From Dehalococcoidia bacterium (GTDB lineage: Bacteria; Chloroflexota; Dehalococcoidia; Plut-88900): DNA of 64,000 nucleotides. The translations under genes were made by a program, and so were the position numbers. This document shows positions 20,234 through 29,192 of this stretch, piece by piece. The notes beneath the pieces are model-generated. The model ran no database searches, was not told where the DNA came from, and saw nothing but the letters and a program-made list of their open reading frames with translations. Location: assembly GCA_965197585.1 (NCBI GenBank), contig OZ240215.1:3200001-3264000 (forward strand), read 5' to 3'. Each line of letters starts with the position of its first letter. Positions within the stretch are counted from its first letter, which is position 1.

Positions 20234-21541
20234 CTAGAGTCCCATCTCAGTCATCGACTTATCCAGGAGTTCCACGCCACGGTCCAGCTCCTCGTACGTG
20301 GCCGTCATGGGAGGCGCAATGCGCCAGACGTTGGCTATGTTGGCATAGGAGGCTTGCTGAAGGATTAGCCCGTTCTCCAGGCACTTCTTGGTTAACAGCC
20401 GCGCCTCCTCACCGGCAGGTTCCCTGGTCTCCGGGTCCTTGACCAGCTCCATCCCGAGCAACAGTCCCCTCCCCCGCACGTCCCCGATAATCGGGTGGTC
20501 TTCTTTCATTCTTAGATAGGCGTCCTTCAGGTATTGCCCCTTGGCCCGCGCCTCGTCGGCAAGACCCTCCTTCACCAGTACTTCGATGACGGCAAGCCCG
20601 ACCGCCGCAGCGAACGGGTCGTTCTGGTGGGAAGATATGAAGGCCATCCCCTTGTCGTGGCAGGTCTCTTCTATCTCCTCGGAAGTGATCATGGCAGCCA
20701 GCGGCAACCCAGCCCCGAGGGTCTTGGACAGGGCCAGGATGTCCGGCACGAAACCGTCCTGCTCGAAGGCGAAGGTTGCACCCACCCGCCCGAGTCCCGT
20801 CTGAGCCTCGTCGAGGATGAACAGCAATCCTCGCTCCTCGCACATCTTCTTCACCAATGGGAAGTAGCCGGGCGGAGGTTCCAGCACTCCCGCCGCACTG
20901 AGAATTGGCTCTGCGATGAATGCGGCCAGCGACCCCGTCGTTTGTGCATCGACCATGTTGAAGCCAACCTTGGCGCAGGCGTAATCACAGGACGGGAAAG
21001 TAAGATGGAGGGGACACCGGTAGCAATATGGAGTAGGAATGGCCATGCCCCCTGGTGTCAGAGGTCCATACCCTTCCCTGCGGTTGGAGAAGGTCACACT
21101 GAGCGCCCCTCCCGTGTGACCGTGATAGCCCTGCATCAGCCCTACAACCTCGAAGCGCCCGGTGAACATCTTGGCAACCTTAAGCGCCACTTCCGTCGAT
21201 TCTCCGCCGGTGCTCAGGAGGAGCACTTTCTGGAGTTGCGGTGGTAGAAGGTCGGCGAGGGACTTGCCCAGCTCGATGACCTCCTCACTTACCAGGTTGG
21301 TGTTGAGGTGGAGTATCCGTTCACAGGAGCGCTCCAAGGCTTCGGTTATGGCTGGGTGGTTGTGCCCGAGGCTCGCAGCCATCTGCCCCGACCCGAAGTC
21401 AAGGTACTCTTTGCCGTCTATGTCCACCAGGGTCGCGCCCCGCCCATGAGCGATGATAGGCTCCCCGTAGTCTTTGGAGGAGCGGAACAGGTGGGCCTTC
21501 GCCTGGTCCAGCAGGGCCGTTTTGCGGGAATCTTGCGACAT
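20234..21541 (-). CDS. Class III PLP aminotransferase, 2,2-dialkylglycine decarboxylase-like
   Basis: SGQMAASLGH, STGGES, FIAEPILS, DEAQTG, SKTLGAGLP. Confidence 0.85.
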   Translation of the reverse strand: MSQDSRKTALLDQAKAHLFRSSKDYGEPIIAHGRGATLVDIDGKEYLDFGSGQMAASLGHNHPAITEALERSCERILHLNTNLVSEEVIELGKSLADLLPPQLQKVLLLSTGGESTEVALKVAKMFTGRFEVVGLMQGYHGHTGGALSVTFSNRREGYGPLTPGGMAIPTPYCYRCPLHLTFPSCDYACAKVGFNMVDAQTTGSLAAFIAEPILSAAGVLEPPPGYFPLVKKMCEERGLLFILDEAQTGLGRVGATFAFEQDGFVPDILALSKTLGAGLPLAAMITSEEIEETCHDKGMAFISSHQNDPFAAAVGLAVIEVLVKEGLADEARAKGQYLKDAYLRMKEDHPIIGDVRGRGLLLGMELVKDPETREPAGEEARLLTKKCLENGLILQQASYANIANVWRIAPPMTATYEELDRGVELLDKSMTEMGL

Positions 21542-21634
21542 GTCATGCTCCTTTGCGTCGGACGGGTTCGGGGACTCGGATATTGTATACGTGAAGGCAA
21601 GAGCGGCACTTGATCGTAGCTTTTCGGTAAAGGG

Positions 21635-21663
21635 TTGACAAGGGTCGGTGCGCCAAATATACT
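21635..21663 (+). promoter_or_regulatory. Sigma70-type promoter of the ABC operon
   Basis: TTGACA-N17-TATACT. Confidence 0.75.
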
Positions 21664-21874
21664 AAGCCGACTTTAGAGGCGCGGAGGCTCTGGGGGGCCT
21701 CTCACATAGCGCCTTGCAATTCCATTTATCGAGGCAGACGGCGAAGTACATATAATTAGTTAGCAGGTGACCTATATCACCGGCCCCACCCCAAGTGGCG
21801 GCCATACGGCGGAACTGCATCGGACCAAGAATCGCAGCTTGAGTCAGGAGTCACAGACAGGGGGACCTTAAGCG

Positions 21875-22966
21875 ATGGCAAAAGCTTTAGAACAGATTAG
21901 TGGCGCTAGCATATCAGTCCGCAATCTCACCAAGTTATACGGTGAGGTTCGCGCCCTTGATAACGCCAACCTGGAGGTCGGCGCCGGAGAGTTCATAACC
22001 CTGCTGGGGCCAAGCGGCTCCGGGAAGACAACCTGCCTCATGATGATGGCAGGTTTTGTCATTCCAACCGCCGGGGATATTCTCGTAGACGGCAACTCGA
22101 TCGTCGACATCCCCACCTACAAGAGAAACCTGGGGATGGTTTTCCAGAACTACAGCCTCTTCCCCCACATGAATGTGGAGAAGAACATCGCCTTCCCGCT
22201 CCAGATGAGAAAAATGAAGAAGCGGGAGATCGAGCCACGGGTGCAGGCCGCCTTGGAATTGGTACGGCTGACGGGCTTCGAAAAGAGGCGGGCCAGCCAG
22301 CTCAGTGGTGGTCAGCAGCAGCGTATTGCATTGGCCAGGGCCCTTGTCTATGAACCCAACGTTTTGCTCTTGGACGAGCCCCTTGGCGCCCTTGACCTCA
22401 AGCTCAGGCAGGAGATGCAGATCGAGCTGAAGCACCTCCACAACAGGCTCGGCGTCACCATCATCTACGTTACCCATGACCAGGGCGAAGCCCTCACCAT
22501 GTCCGACAGGATCGTGGTCCTCAACTTCGGTGCCATACAGCAGGTGGCTACCCCTGACGTTATGTACAAGAGGCCCGTCAACCGCTTCGTCGCCGACTTC
22601 ATCGGAGAGACGAACTTCATCGCCGGCAACGGAGATTTGGACGGCACCAGGTATGTTTTGGAGACCGATGATGGGCTGAGGCTGACAGGCATTGCCCGGG
22701 ACGCTGATGTCGACGTTGAGAACGCCACCGCGGTCGTAAGACCAGAGAGTGTCGTAGAGGTGGCGGAAAGCAACGGAATGACCAACGTCTTCGAGGGAGA
22801 GATTGAAGAGATCATCTACCTCGGCGAGCACGTCAAGTACATAATAAGGCTCGGCACCTCCACGCGCATTATGGCCAAATGGCTCCTTAAGGCGGACTCT
22901 CACCTCTACAAGCAGGGAGAGCGGGTACGGATAGGTTGGGAAGCCGACGACATGTTGGCTGTATAA
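21875..22966 (+). CDS. PotA-like ABC transporter ATP-binding subunit
   Basis: GPSGSGKT, LSGGQQQR, LLLDEP, YVTHDQ, C-terminal TOBE-like domain. Confidence 0.95.
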   Translation: MAKALEQISGASISVRNLTKLYGEVRALDNANLEVGAGEFITLLGPSGSGKTTCLMMMAGFVIPTAGDILVDGNSIVDIPTYKRNLGMVFQNYSLFPHMNVEKNIAFPLQMRKMKKREIEPRVQAALELVRLTGFEKRRASQLSGGQQQRIALARALVYEPNVLLLDEPLGALDLKLRQEMQIELKHLHNRLGVTIIYVTHDQGEALTMSDRIVVLNFGAIQQVATPDVMYKRPVNRFVADFIGETNFIAGNGDLDGTRYVLETDDGLRLTGIARDADVDVENATAVVRPESVVEVAESNGMTNVFEGEIEEIIYLGEHVKYIIRLGTSTRIMAKWLLKADSHLYKQGERVRIGWEADDMLAV

Positions 22967-23093
22967 GCCGGCAGCACGGCAACTAAGATTACATCAACGG
23001 ATTAAGCGTACACATCAGCTAGGCTAAACACTCCGTCCCACCAAGCGGAAATTACCGCAAGGTTCGGGGTCAAGTCGACGACTGGAGATAGGT

Positions 23094-24209
23094 ATGGCTC
23101 AAGCAGGGGCTCGACAAACAGGCGCTTTGGTAGGGAAGGCTCCTTATCTTGCTGACCTAAGAGACGTCGGTGACCAAATAATGGATCCGGCTAGGAGACG
23201 CCTCCTCTGGCTCAATCTTAAGGAGCAGGGCTTCTTCCTGATGCTCATTCTTCCTTCTGTTGCCTTGGTGGCTGTATTCCTGATTTTCCCCCTGTGGCGC
23301 ATGCTTTCGCTCAGCTTCGGCACCACGGATGACGGGGTCGCCTTCAACTATAATTTCGAAACCATAGGCCAGTACGAGAGAGCTGTGAATGGGCCGGTCT
23401 ATAGAGAGTTGTTCAAGACAACTTTCCAGATCTCATTCCTAACTACGGTCTTCTCGATCGCCCTGGGGTATCCCGTTGCCTATCTATTGGCTAACGTCGC
23501 GGACAAGACCCGGGCGATTTTGCTTCCCTTGGTGGTGGTGCCCTTCTGGACCAGCATTTTGGTCCGCACGTTTGCCTGGCGCATCATTCTTGGTAGGAAC
23601 GGTTTCATAAACGAGACTTTGGACTGGATAGGGGTTCGGGACGGTGCGGGAGAGCTATTGCAGTGGGTGGGCGAAGTCATACATATGCGGCCCTTCACAT
23701 GGATTCTTAGTTGGACTGGACTGCCCGACGCTCTGAATTTCACACGTTGGGACCCGTCGGTGGATGGCAGTGGGGGAGAGTTGGAGCTGGTCTTCAACCG
23801 TGTAGGCACCCTGATCGGAATGGTGCATATCCTTGTCCCGTTCATGATATTCCCCATATTCGCCGTAATGCGGGGAATCCCCAATGAATACTTGAGGGCA
23901 GCCGAGAACCTTGGCGCTGGCCCCTTTACGGCCTTCCGACGGGTCTACTTCCCGCTGACCACGCCGGGTCTGGGTGCTGGCATCCTTCTGGTATTCATCC
24001 TGTCCCTTGGATTCTTCATCACGCCGGCTCTGCTGGGAGGCCCTGGAGACCGGATGATATCCAACATGATAGAGATACAAATTAATGAGGTGAATAACTG
24101 GGAGTTTGCGGCAGCTCTTGCCTTCATGCTCCTGGGCGGCACCCTAGTCTTGTACTTCATCTATGCCCGCTTCCTGAGCATGGACAGACTATACGGAGAG
24201 ATGCGTTAG
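23094..24209 (+). CDS. PotB-like ABC permease
   Basis: LGYPVAY, PFWTSILVR, EAA loop AAENLGA, FFITPALLGG. Confidence 0.92.
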   Translation: MAQAGARQTGALVGKAPYLADLRDVGDQIMDPARRRLLWLNLKEQGFFLMLILPSVALVAVFLIFPLWRMLSLSFGTTDDGVAFNYNFETIGQYERAVNGPVYRELFKTTFQISFLTTVFSIALGYPVAYLLANVADKTRAILLPLVVVPFWTSILVRTFAWRIILGRNGFINETLDWIGVRDGAGELLQWVGEVIHMRPFTWILSWTGLPDALNFTRWDPSVDGSGGELELVFNRVGTLIGMVHILVPFMIFPIFAVMRGIPNEYLRAAENLGAGPFTAFRRVYFPLTTPGLGAGILLVFILSLGFFITPALLGGPGDRMISNMIEIQINEVNNWEFAAALAFMLLGGTLVLYFIYARFLSMDRLYGEMR

Positions 24210-24266
24210 CAGAGGAAGCCCTTCATACCCGCGTCCTACAGATAACGCGAAGGAACACCAAAAATC

Positions 24267-24668
24267 ATGGAAGGCATCACCAACGCCACAAGAGAAGTCT
24301 TCAAGAGTATTATGATCATCTCGACAGGCGTCCTGATTATCATAATGTTCGGCTTCGCCCTCGTGGCCATCGGTCCGGAATTCGTGACGATTGAGCGCGA
24401 GATAGCGCCCGAGGCCCTGGTCGCGGCCGTGCCCGAGTCCCTGAACGCTGACGTCAGAGCTGGAGCCGGAGAAGAACTTCTGCGGGTTCCCCCCGACTTG
24501 TTGGAAGAGTTTCTGCCCGACTACTCGACAGAAGACACTACGATCAACAACTCTTGGTCAAACGTGATGTGGACTGTCACAGGGGTTGCCGTAGCGATAT
24601 GTGCCGCATTTGGGCTCCTTTGGCTCTTAACAATGCTGCCAGCTAGACTCAAGTCCCTCAGGAACTAA
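24267..24668 (+). CDS. Hypothetical two-TM protein between the two permease genes
   Basis: AAGGA RBS; two hydrophobic helices flanking an acidic loop. Confidence 0.7.
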   Translation: MEGITNATREVFKSIMIISTGVLIIIMFGFALVAIGPEFVTIEREIAPEALVAAVPESLNADVRAGAGEELLRVPPDLLEEFLPDYSTEDTTINNSWSNVMWTVTGVAVAICAAFGLLWLLTMLPARLKSLRN

Positions 24669-24703
24669 AGGATACGCCGATCAATGCAAGGAGTTGAGAG
24701 AAC

Positions 24704-25873
24704 ATGAAAGGTGCAGGCACTAGAGGACTCGGTGTTTGGGAAGGCCGTAGGGCTCCTGTCAGAAGGGTTGTGCTCTATCTGTTCGTCTCTGTGGTCTTTG
24801 CCTTCCTAATCCTCCCTAACTTCATCGTCGTACCGCTTTCGGTGACCGACTCCATATTCCTTCAGTTCCCGCCGAGGGGATTCACCTGGCGCTGGTACCA
24901 GGACTACTTCGGTGTGGAGGGGGCTAGTCACTTCGGCTCGACTGGGCGCTGGATACCGGCAACTATAATCAGCGTCGAACTTGCGATAGCTGTCATGGTT
25001 GTTGCTGTACCCATTGGAGCACTGGCGGCTTACGGGCTGACTCGGGGCAAGTTCTGGGGTAAGAATATCCTGAACGCGGTCATCATCTCGCCCCTCATCG
25101 TACCGATACTTATTACTGCAATCGCCCTGTTCTTTTTCCTTTCAAAGGCCCTGCGGTCCTTCTTCAAGTCACCCTCTGGACTGCCGGTTCCCGTCTGGGG
25201 AGAATACGCACTGATTTTCCTGGCCATCGGCCTGGGCATTATCTCCATAGGTGTCCTCTTATTTAGGAGCTTCTACAAGAAGCCGATAGAAGAGTGGGAT
25301 GCGAAGCTTGTCGCATGGTATGAACGGTTCAGGCCTTGGGCCCCGATCGGCATACTGTTTACGGCTCCCTACCTCGTAATCCCGTGGATGTCGGGTTGGA
25401 CGGACAAGTTCGATGGAGGGCTGCTCTCTTCGGCGGACCCGTATCCTCAAGTCCCGGTGGTGGGCGCAGGCCTTCTGGTTGCCCACGTGATGTTGGCTGT
25501 TCCTTACGTCACAATCATCTTGAGTGCAACCCTTAGGAATGTGGAACGTAACCAGGACCAGGCGGCGGCCATCTTGGGCGCGGGGCCAATTAGCACGCTA
25601 ACTAGGGCTGTTCTGCCGCAGATGGTTCCCGGCCTTGCCGCCGCGGCATTCTTCTCCTTCCTCGTGTCCTTCGACGAATTACTGATAGCCCTGTTCCTCT
25701 CGACTAGCCAGATTAGCACCCTGCCCAAGGAAATATGGGACGGTATCCGGACCGAGATCAGCCCGACCATAGCAGCGATCTCCACGATGCTGGTATTCGT
25801 GACCATACTCCTCTTAGGGTTGGCCTTCTTCGTCCAGACCCAGATGCGGAAGAAGGATGCGGCGACGACTTAG
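24704..25873 (+). CDS. PotC-like ABC permease with a large internal insertion
   Basis: FPPRGFTWRWY, PLIVP, AAAILGA, SFDE, TLPKEIW. Confidence 0.92.
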   Translation: MKGAGTRGLGVWEGRRAPVRRVVLYLFVSVVFAFLILPNFIVVPLSVTDSIFLQFPPRGFTWRWYQDYFGVEGASHFGSTGRWIPATIISVELAIAVMVVAVPIGALAAYGLTRGKFWGKNILNAVIISPLIVPILITAIALFFFLSKALRSFFKSPSGLPVPVWGEYALIFLAIGLGIISIGVLLFRSFYKKPIEEWDAKLVAWYERFRPWAPIGILFTAPYLVIPWMSGWTDKFDGGLLSSADPYPQVPVVGAGLLVAHVMLAVPYVTIILSATLRNVERNQDQAAAILGAGPISTLTRAVLPQMVPGLAAAAFFSFLVSFDELLIALFLSTSQISTLPKEIWDGIRTEISPTIAAISTMLVFVTILLLGLAFFVQTQMRKKDAATT

Positions 25874-25917
25874 GGACATTCCAATATAGGAAGAAAAATC
25901 AAAAAGGGACCACTTAG

Positions 25918-26514
25918 ATGCGTACCATTCAAAAGACACTAATCCTGTTGGGGCTCGTAGGGATCTTGGCCTTGCTCTCTTTGTCCGCTGCCTGCGGCGG
26001 CAATGGCAATGGTGATGATGGTAACGGTGATGAACCGGCCCCCACGGCTACTTCGGCAGGTCCTACTTCTACTCCCGCCCCGGCGGCGACTAGCACCCCT
26101 CTTTCAGGTGTCGGGGGAGCGCCCCTGCCTGAAGAGTTTACCGGGGGCGAAGAGATAGCGGCGACGGCCAGCACGACGGACATGATGCCCATCGGTGCAG
26201 ATGGATTGGGTGGGACTCTCGACCTGATCCAGATCGAGCGTCAGACTAAGGTAACTGTCATACTGGACGACGCGGGCCCGGGCCCCTACGCCGCAGCAGT
26301 CCGCAGAGGCGGTTGCCCGGACGAGGGCGGGGATCCCGACGGCCAGTTCGACTACCTCCTCTTCAGCGTAGAAGGCGGCGAGTCCGTAAGCATGGTAAAC
26401 ACGCCGGCCCAGTTCTTCCAGTTCAGCCTTGCCTATGTCATAGTTGTTGACGGCGAAGACCTGGTAAACGACACCCCGATCTCATGCGGCAACATTCCTA
26501 GCCCGCTCAGATAG
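25918..26514 (+). CDS. Lipoprotein of unknown function
   Basis: LSAAC lipobox; P/T linker; small beta-rich domain with GGCP and SCGNI cysteines. Confidence 0.8.
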   Translation: MRTIQKTLILLGLVGILALLSLSAACGGNGNGDDGNGDEPAPTATSAGPTSTPAPAATSTPLSGVGGAPLPEEFTGGEEIAATASTTDMMPIGADGLGGTLDLIQIERQTKVTVILDDAGPGPYAAAVRRGGCPDEGGDPDGQFDYLLFSVEGGESVSMVNTPAQFFQFSLAYVIVVDGEDLVNDTPISCGNIPSPLR

Positions 26515-26535
26515 ACCTTAACAAGCTTGGATATA

Positions 26536-26576
26536 ATGGCCGGGGCCTCCGACATCGGGGCCCCGGCCATCGTTTA
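26536..26576 (+). terminator. Probable terminator of the ABC operon
   Basis: ATGGCCGGGGC...GCCCCGGCCAT hairpin followed by CGTTTA. Confidence 0.65.
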
Positions 26577-26615
26577 TCCAATACAGCTTGCTGACCGCGC
26601 CAAGGAGAGAGCAGA

Positions 26616-27428
26616 ATGACGGACTACAGTAGCCTTAAGTCTCTACAGGTCGAAGTTAGGGACTCCGTTGCCCAGGTAACCCTTGACCGGCCCGACGCCC
26701 TCAACGCCGTCGACCACCAGATGCACCTTGATCTCGAAGAAGTCTTCGGTATGTTGGCGGAGGACTCCAGCGTGAATGCCGTTGTCCTCACCGGAGCCGG
26801 CAAGGCCTTCTCCGCCGGCGGTGACATCAAGGGCATGCAGGAGCGGGCCCGAGACCCGGAAGTGCAGAAGGCCTACATTCATGGCTGGCTTATGCAGGGG
26901 CCCAGGAAGCTGGTCAGAAACCTGGTTGAGCTGCCTCAGCCCATCATTGCCGCCGTCAACGGCCACGCGATAGGCCTCGGGGCTACGCTGGCGTTGCTCT
27001 CAGACATCATTATCGTCTCGGAACAGGCTAAAATTGGAGATCCCCACGTCAGCATGGGTGTCGTGGCGGGCGATGGCGGAGCGGTCATATGGCCCCTTCT
27101 CGTTAGCCTTTGCAAAGCCAAGGAAATGCTGCTCACCGGAGACTTGGTAACCGCGCAGGAGGCCCTGGGCCTCGGTCTGGTCAACAAAGTGGTGGCCAGG
27201 GATCAGGTGGTCCCGTCAGCTATGGAAATGGCTCAAAGACTGGCCTCGGGCCCGACTCTCGCAATCAGGTGGACTAAAATGGCCCTTAACAAGCGGCTGA
27301 GGAACGAAGTTAACCTCGTTCTGGAATCGTCTCTGGCTACCGAAAGCCTGACCTTCTTCACCCGCGACCACACCGAAGCCGTCGACGCTTTCCTGGAAAA
27401 GCGTAAACCTGAATTCCAGGGACGCTGA
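26616..27428 (+). CDS. Enoyl-CoA hydratase/isomerase (crotonase) family protein
   Basis: AFSAGGDI, AAVNGHAIGLG, DPH..GVVAGDG, EKRKP. Confidence 0.93.
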   Translation: MTDYSSLKSLQVEVRDSVAQVTLDRPDALNAVDHQMHLDLEEVFGMLAEDSSVNAVVLTGAGKAFSAGGDIKGMQERARDPEVQKAYIHGWLMQGPRKLVRNLVELPQPIIAAVNGHAIGLGATLALLSDIIIVSEQAKIGDPHVSMGVVAGDGGAVIWPLLVSLCKAKEMLLTGDLVTAQEALGLGLVNKVVARDQVVPSAMEMAQRLASGPTLAIRWTKMALNKRLRNEVNLVLESSLATESLTFFTRDHTEAVDAFLEKRKPEFQGR

Positions 27429-27430
27429 GC

Positions 27431-27604
27431 TTGGGTGTACTGGGCAAGGCTTTATGCCTCCCGTTCAAGCTCCTGCTTTGGGTGGTGACGCTTCCGGCAA
27501 GATTTGTTGTAGGGCCCCTCAAGCTCGTCTTTGTAATTCTTCTTCTGGCCTTGATACTCGCCGGTGTTCAGTTTGTGTTATTCCTAAAATTCTTCGGAGA
27601 TTGA
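27431..27604 (+). CDS. Small (57 aa) hydrophobic membrane protein, below the ORF-track cutoff
   Basis: TTG...TGA reads MGVLGKALCLPFKLLLWVVTLPARFVVGPLKLVFVILLLALILAGVQFVLFLKFFGD; fills the gap between neighbours (2 nt and 9 nt spacing). Confidence 0.65.
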   Translation: MGVLGKALCLPFKLLLWVVTLPARFVVGPLKLVFVILLLALILAGVQFVLFLKFFGD

Positions 27605-27613
27605 GATTCGTAA

Positions 27614-28753
27614 ATGAGCGACAAAGATACTTGCCCCATAATCGACGCAGACAGCCACATCCTTGAGCCCTCCGACCTCTGGCAGAAGTGCCTGGAACCG
27701 GAATATAGGGACCGTGCCCTGCGTTTGGAGAAGGACGACCAGGGCTGGGACCAGTGGGTCATAGATGGGAAACCGTGGGGTTACAGACATGGGGTGTTCG
27801 GGGATATGGGCGCAATCGGCCGAGACCTGGAACCCCACTTCACGCCCGGCGTTGTCTCCTACGAAGAAGGAATAGCCTTCGCACCCGGGGGCTGGGACCC
27901 GAAGGAACGGCTCAACGTCCTCGACAAGGAGGGCATCGACAAGGTCGTCCTCTACCCGTCTCTGGGGATCACCTGGGAAGGCGGATGCACCGACCCCGAG
28001 CTAGGGGACGCGTACTGCCGGGCCTACAACAACTGGCTGCTGGACTGGTGCAGCGAATCGCCCGACCGCCTGGTCCCCATCGCCCACGTATGCTTGTTGG
28101 ATCCCGTGCTTGCCGCCGAGGAGATGAAGAGGGCAGTCTCCGCAGGGGCGAAAGGCATCATGCTTCGTGCCTACCCCTCTGGGAACAGGCAGTATGGAGA
28201 CCCGATCAACGACCGGTTCTGGGCCCAGGCAGAGGAGACCGGTGTTCCCATCGCCCTCCACATTGGCGGAGCCCCGAGGATGATGGGCGAGGAGCTCTTC
28301 GACGTGAAGATGGGCCGCTCAACCTGGTGGATCTACGTCATGTTTATGAGCGAGGTGCAGCTGGGCTTCACCACGGTGATGAACGGCGCTATCCTGGAGC
28401 GGTTCCCGGGCATCAAGATGGTCCTGCTGGAGTCGGGTTGCGGCTGGCTCCCCTACTGGCTCGACCGGATGGACGACACCTTTAAACACACTGGCTTTTC
28501 TACCGCCCTGAAGCTCAAACCGTCCGAGTACTTCAAACGGCAATGCCTTATCACCATGGATGCCGACGAAGAGCTCGCCGCTGTCAGTGTCGCGCATGTC
28601 GGTGCCCAGTCCTTCATGTGGGCCGCCGACTACCCCCACTCCGACGGCCATTGGGATGCAGTCAACAGCGTACGTAGCACGCTGAAAGATCTGCCCGAAG
28701 ACGACTTGAATAAGGTGCTGGGCGAAAATGCCCGGAGAGTCTACGGCCTTTAG
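27614..28753 (+). CDS. Amidohydrolase_2 family protein
   Basis: DADSH, AYNNWL, LESG.GW, ADYPH. Confidence 0.9.
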   Translation: MSDKDTCPIIDADSHILEPSDLWQKCLEPEYRDRALRLEKDDQGWDQWVIDGKPWGYRHGVFGDMGAIGRDLEPHFTPGVVSYEEGIAFAPGGWDPKERLNVLDKEGIDKVVLYPSLGITWEGGCTDPELGDAYCRAYNNWLLDWCSESPDRLVPIAHVCLLDPVLAAEEMKRAVSAGAKGIMLRAYPSGNRQYGDPINDRFWAQAEETGVPIALHIGGAPRMMGEELFDVKMGRSTWWIYVMFMSEVQLGFTTVMNGAILERFPGIKMVLLESGCGWLPYWLDRMDDTFKHTGFSTALKLKPSEYFKRQCLITMDADEELAAVSVAHVGAQSFMWAADYPHSDGHWDAVNSVRSTLKDLPEDDLNKVLGENARRVYGL

Positions 28754-28754
28754 C

Positions 28755-29192
28755 CTACACCCGACCCCACGTAACTACTCGGCCCGGCTCTATGACGATT
28801 ACCGCCCTCCCCCCGAAATCCAAGTCCCGATACTGACAGTAGCGAGCGCGTAGCAGGGGAACAGCGGCATCGTGGTCAGGCCCCGACGTGACGATGGTTG
28901 CAGTGCCCCGCACCATCACAAACCCCAGTTGTGACCAATCGTCTGAGTAGGTGTCTACCGTGAGGCAAACCCGGGGGTTGGTGCGAATGTTACGAATCCT
29001 CTTCAACTCCCTGCGCGACACGTCCTTGGGCTTCTCGTCGATTACGATGAAAATGCGGTCGGATGCCGTGGCGAAGCACACCGGCACCACGTAAGGTTGT
29101 CCGGATTCGTCCACCGTAGCCAGCCGCCCGACGAAATGACTGGCGAGAAACGCGGCGACGTGAGGCTCGAACGGTGTGGGAGCGTCTACCAA
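28755..29192 (-). CDS. PPOX-class split-barrel protein, probably F420-dependent (Rv0121-like)
   Basis: GRLATV, PYVVPVCF, DEKPK, LKRIRNI..NPRV, DTYSDDWSQL; TTG start overlaps the hpnD stop. Confidence 0.85.
   Translation of the reverse strand: MVDAPTPFEPHVAAFLASHFVGRLATVDESGQPYVVPVCFATASDRIFIVIDEKPKDVSRRELKRIRNIRTNPRVCLTVDTYSDDWSQLGFVMVRGTATIVTSGPDHDAAVPLLRARYCQYRDLDFGGRAVIVIEPGRVVTWGRV

Noticed and set aside
24267-25873. Two-TM ORF as a frameshifted N-terminus of the PotC-like permease
   Set aside because: Each ORF has its own RBS-like sequence and start, they are 35 nt apart, and the permease is full length.
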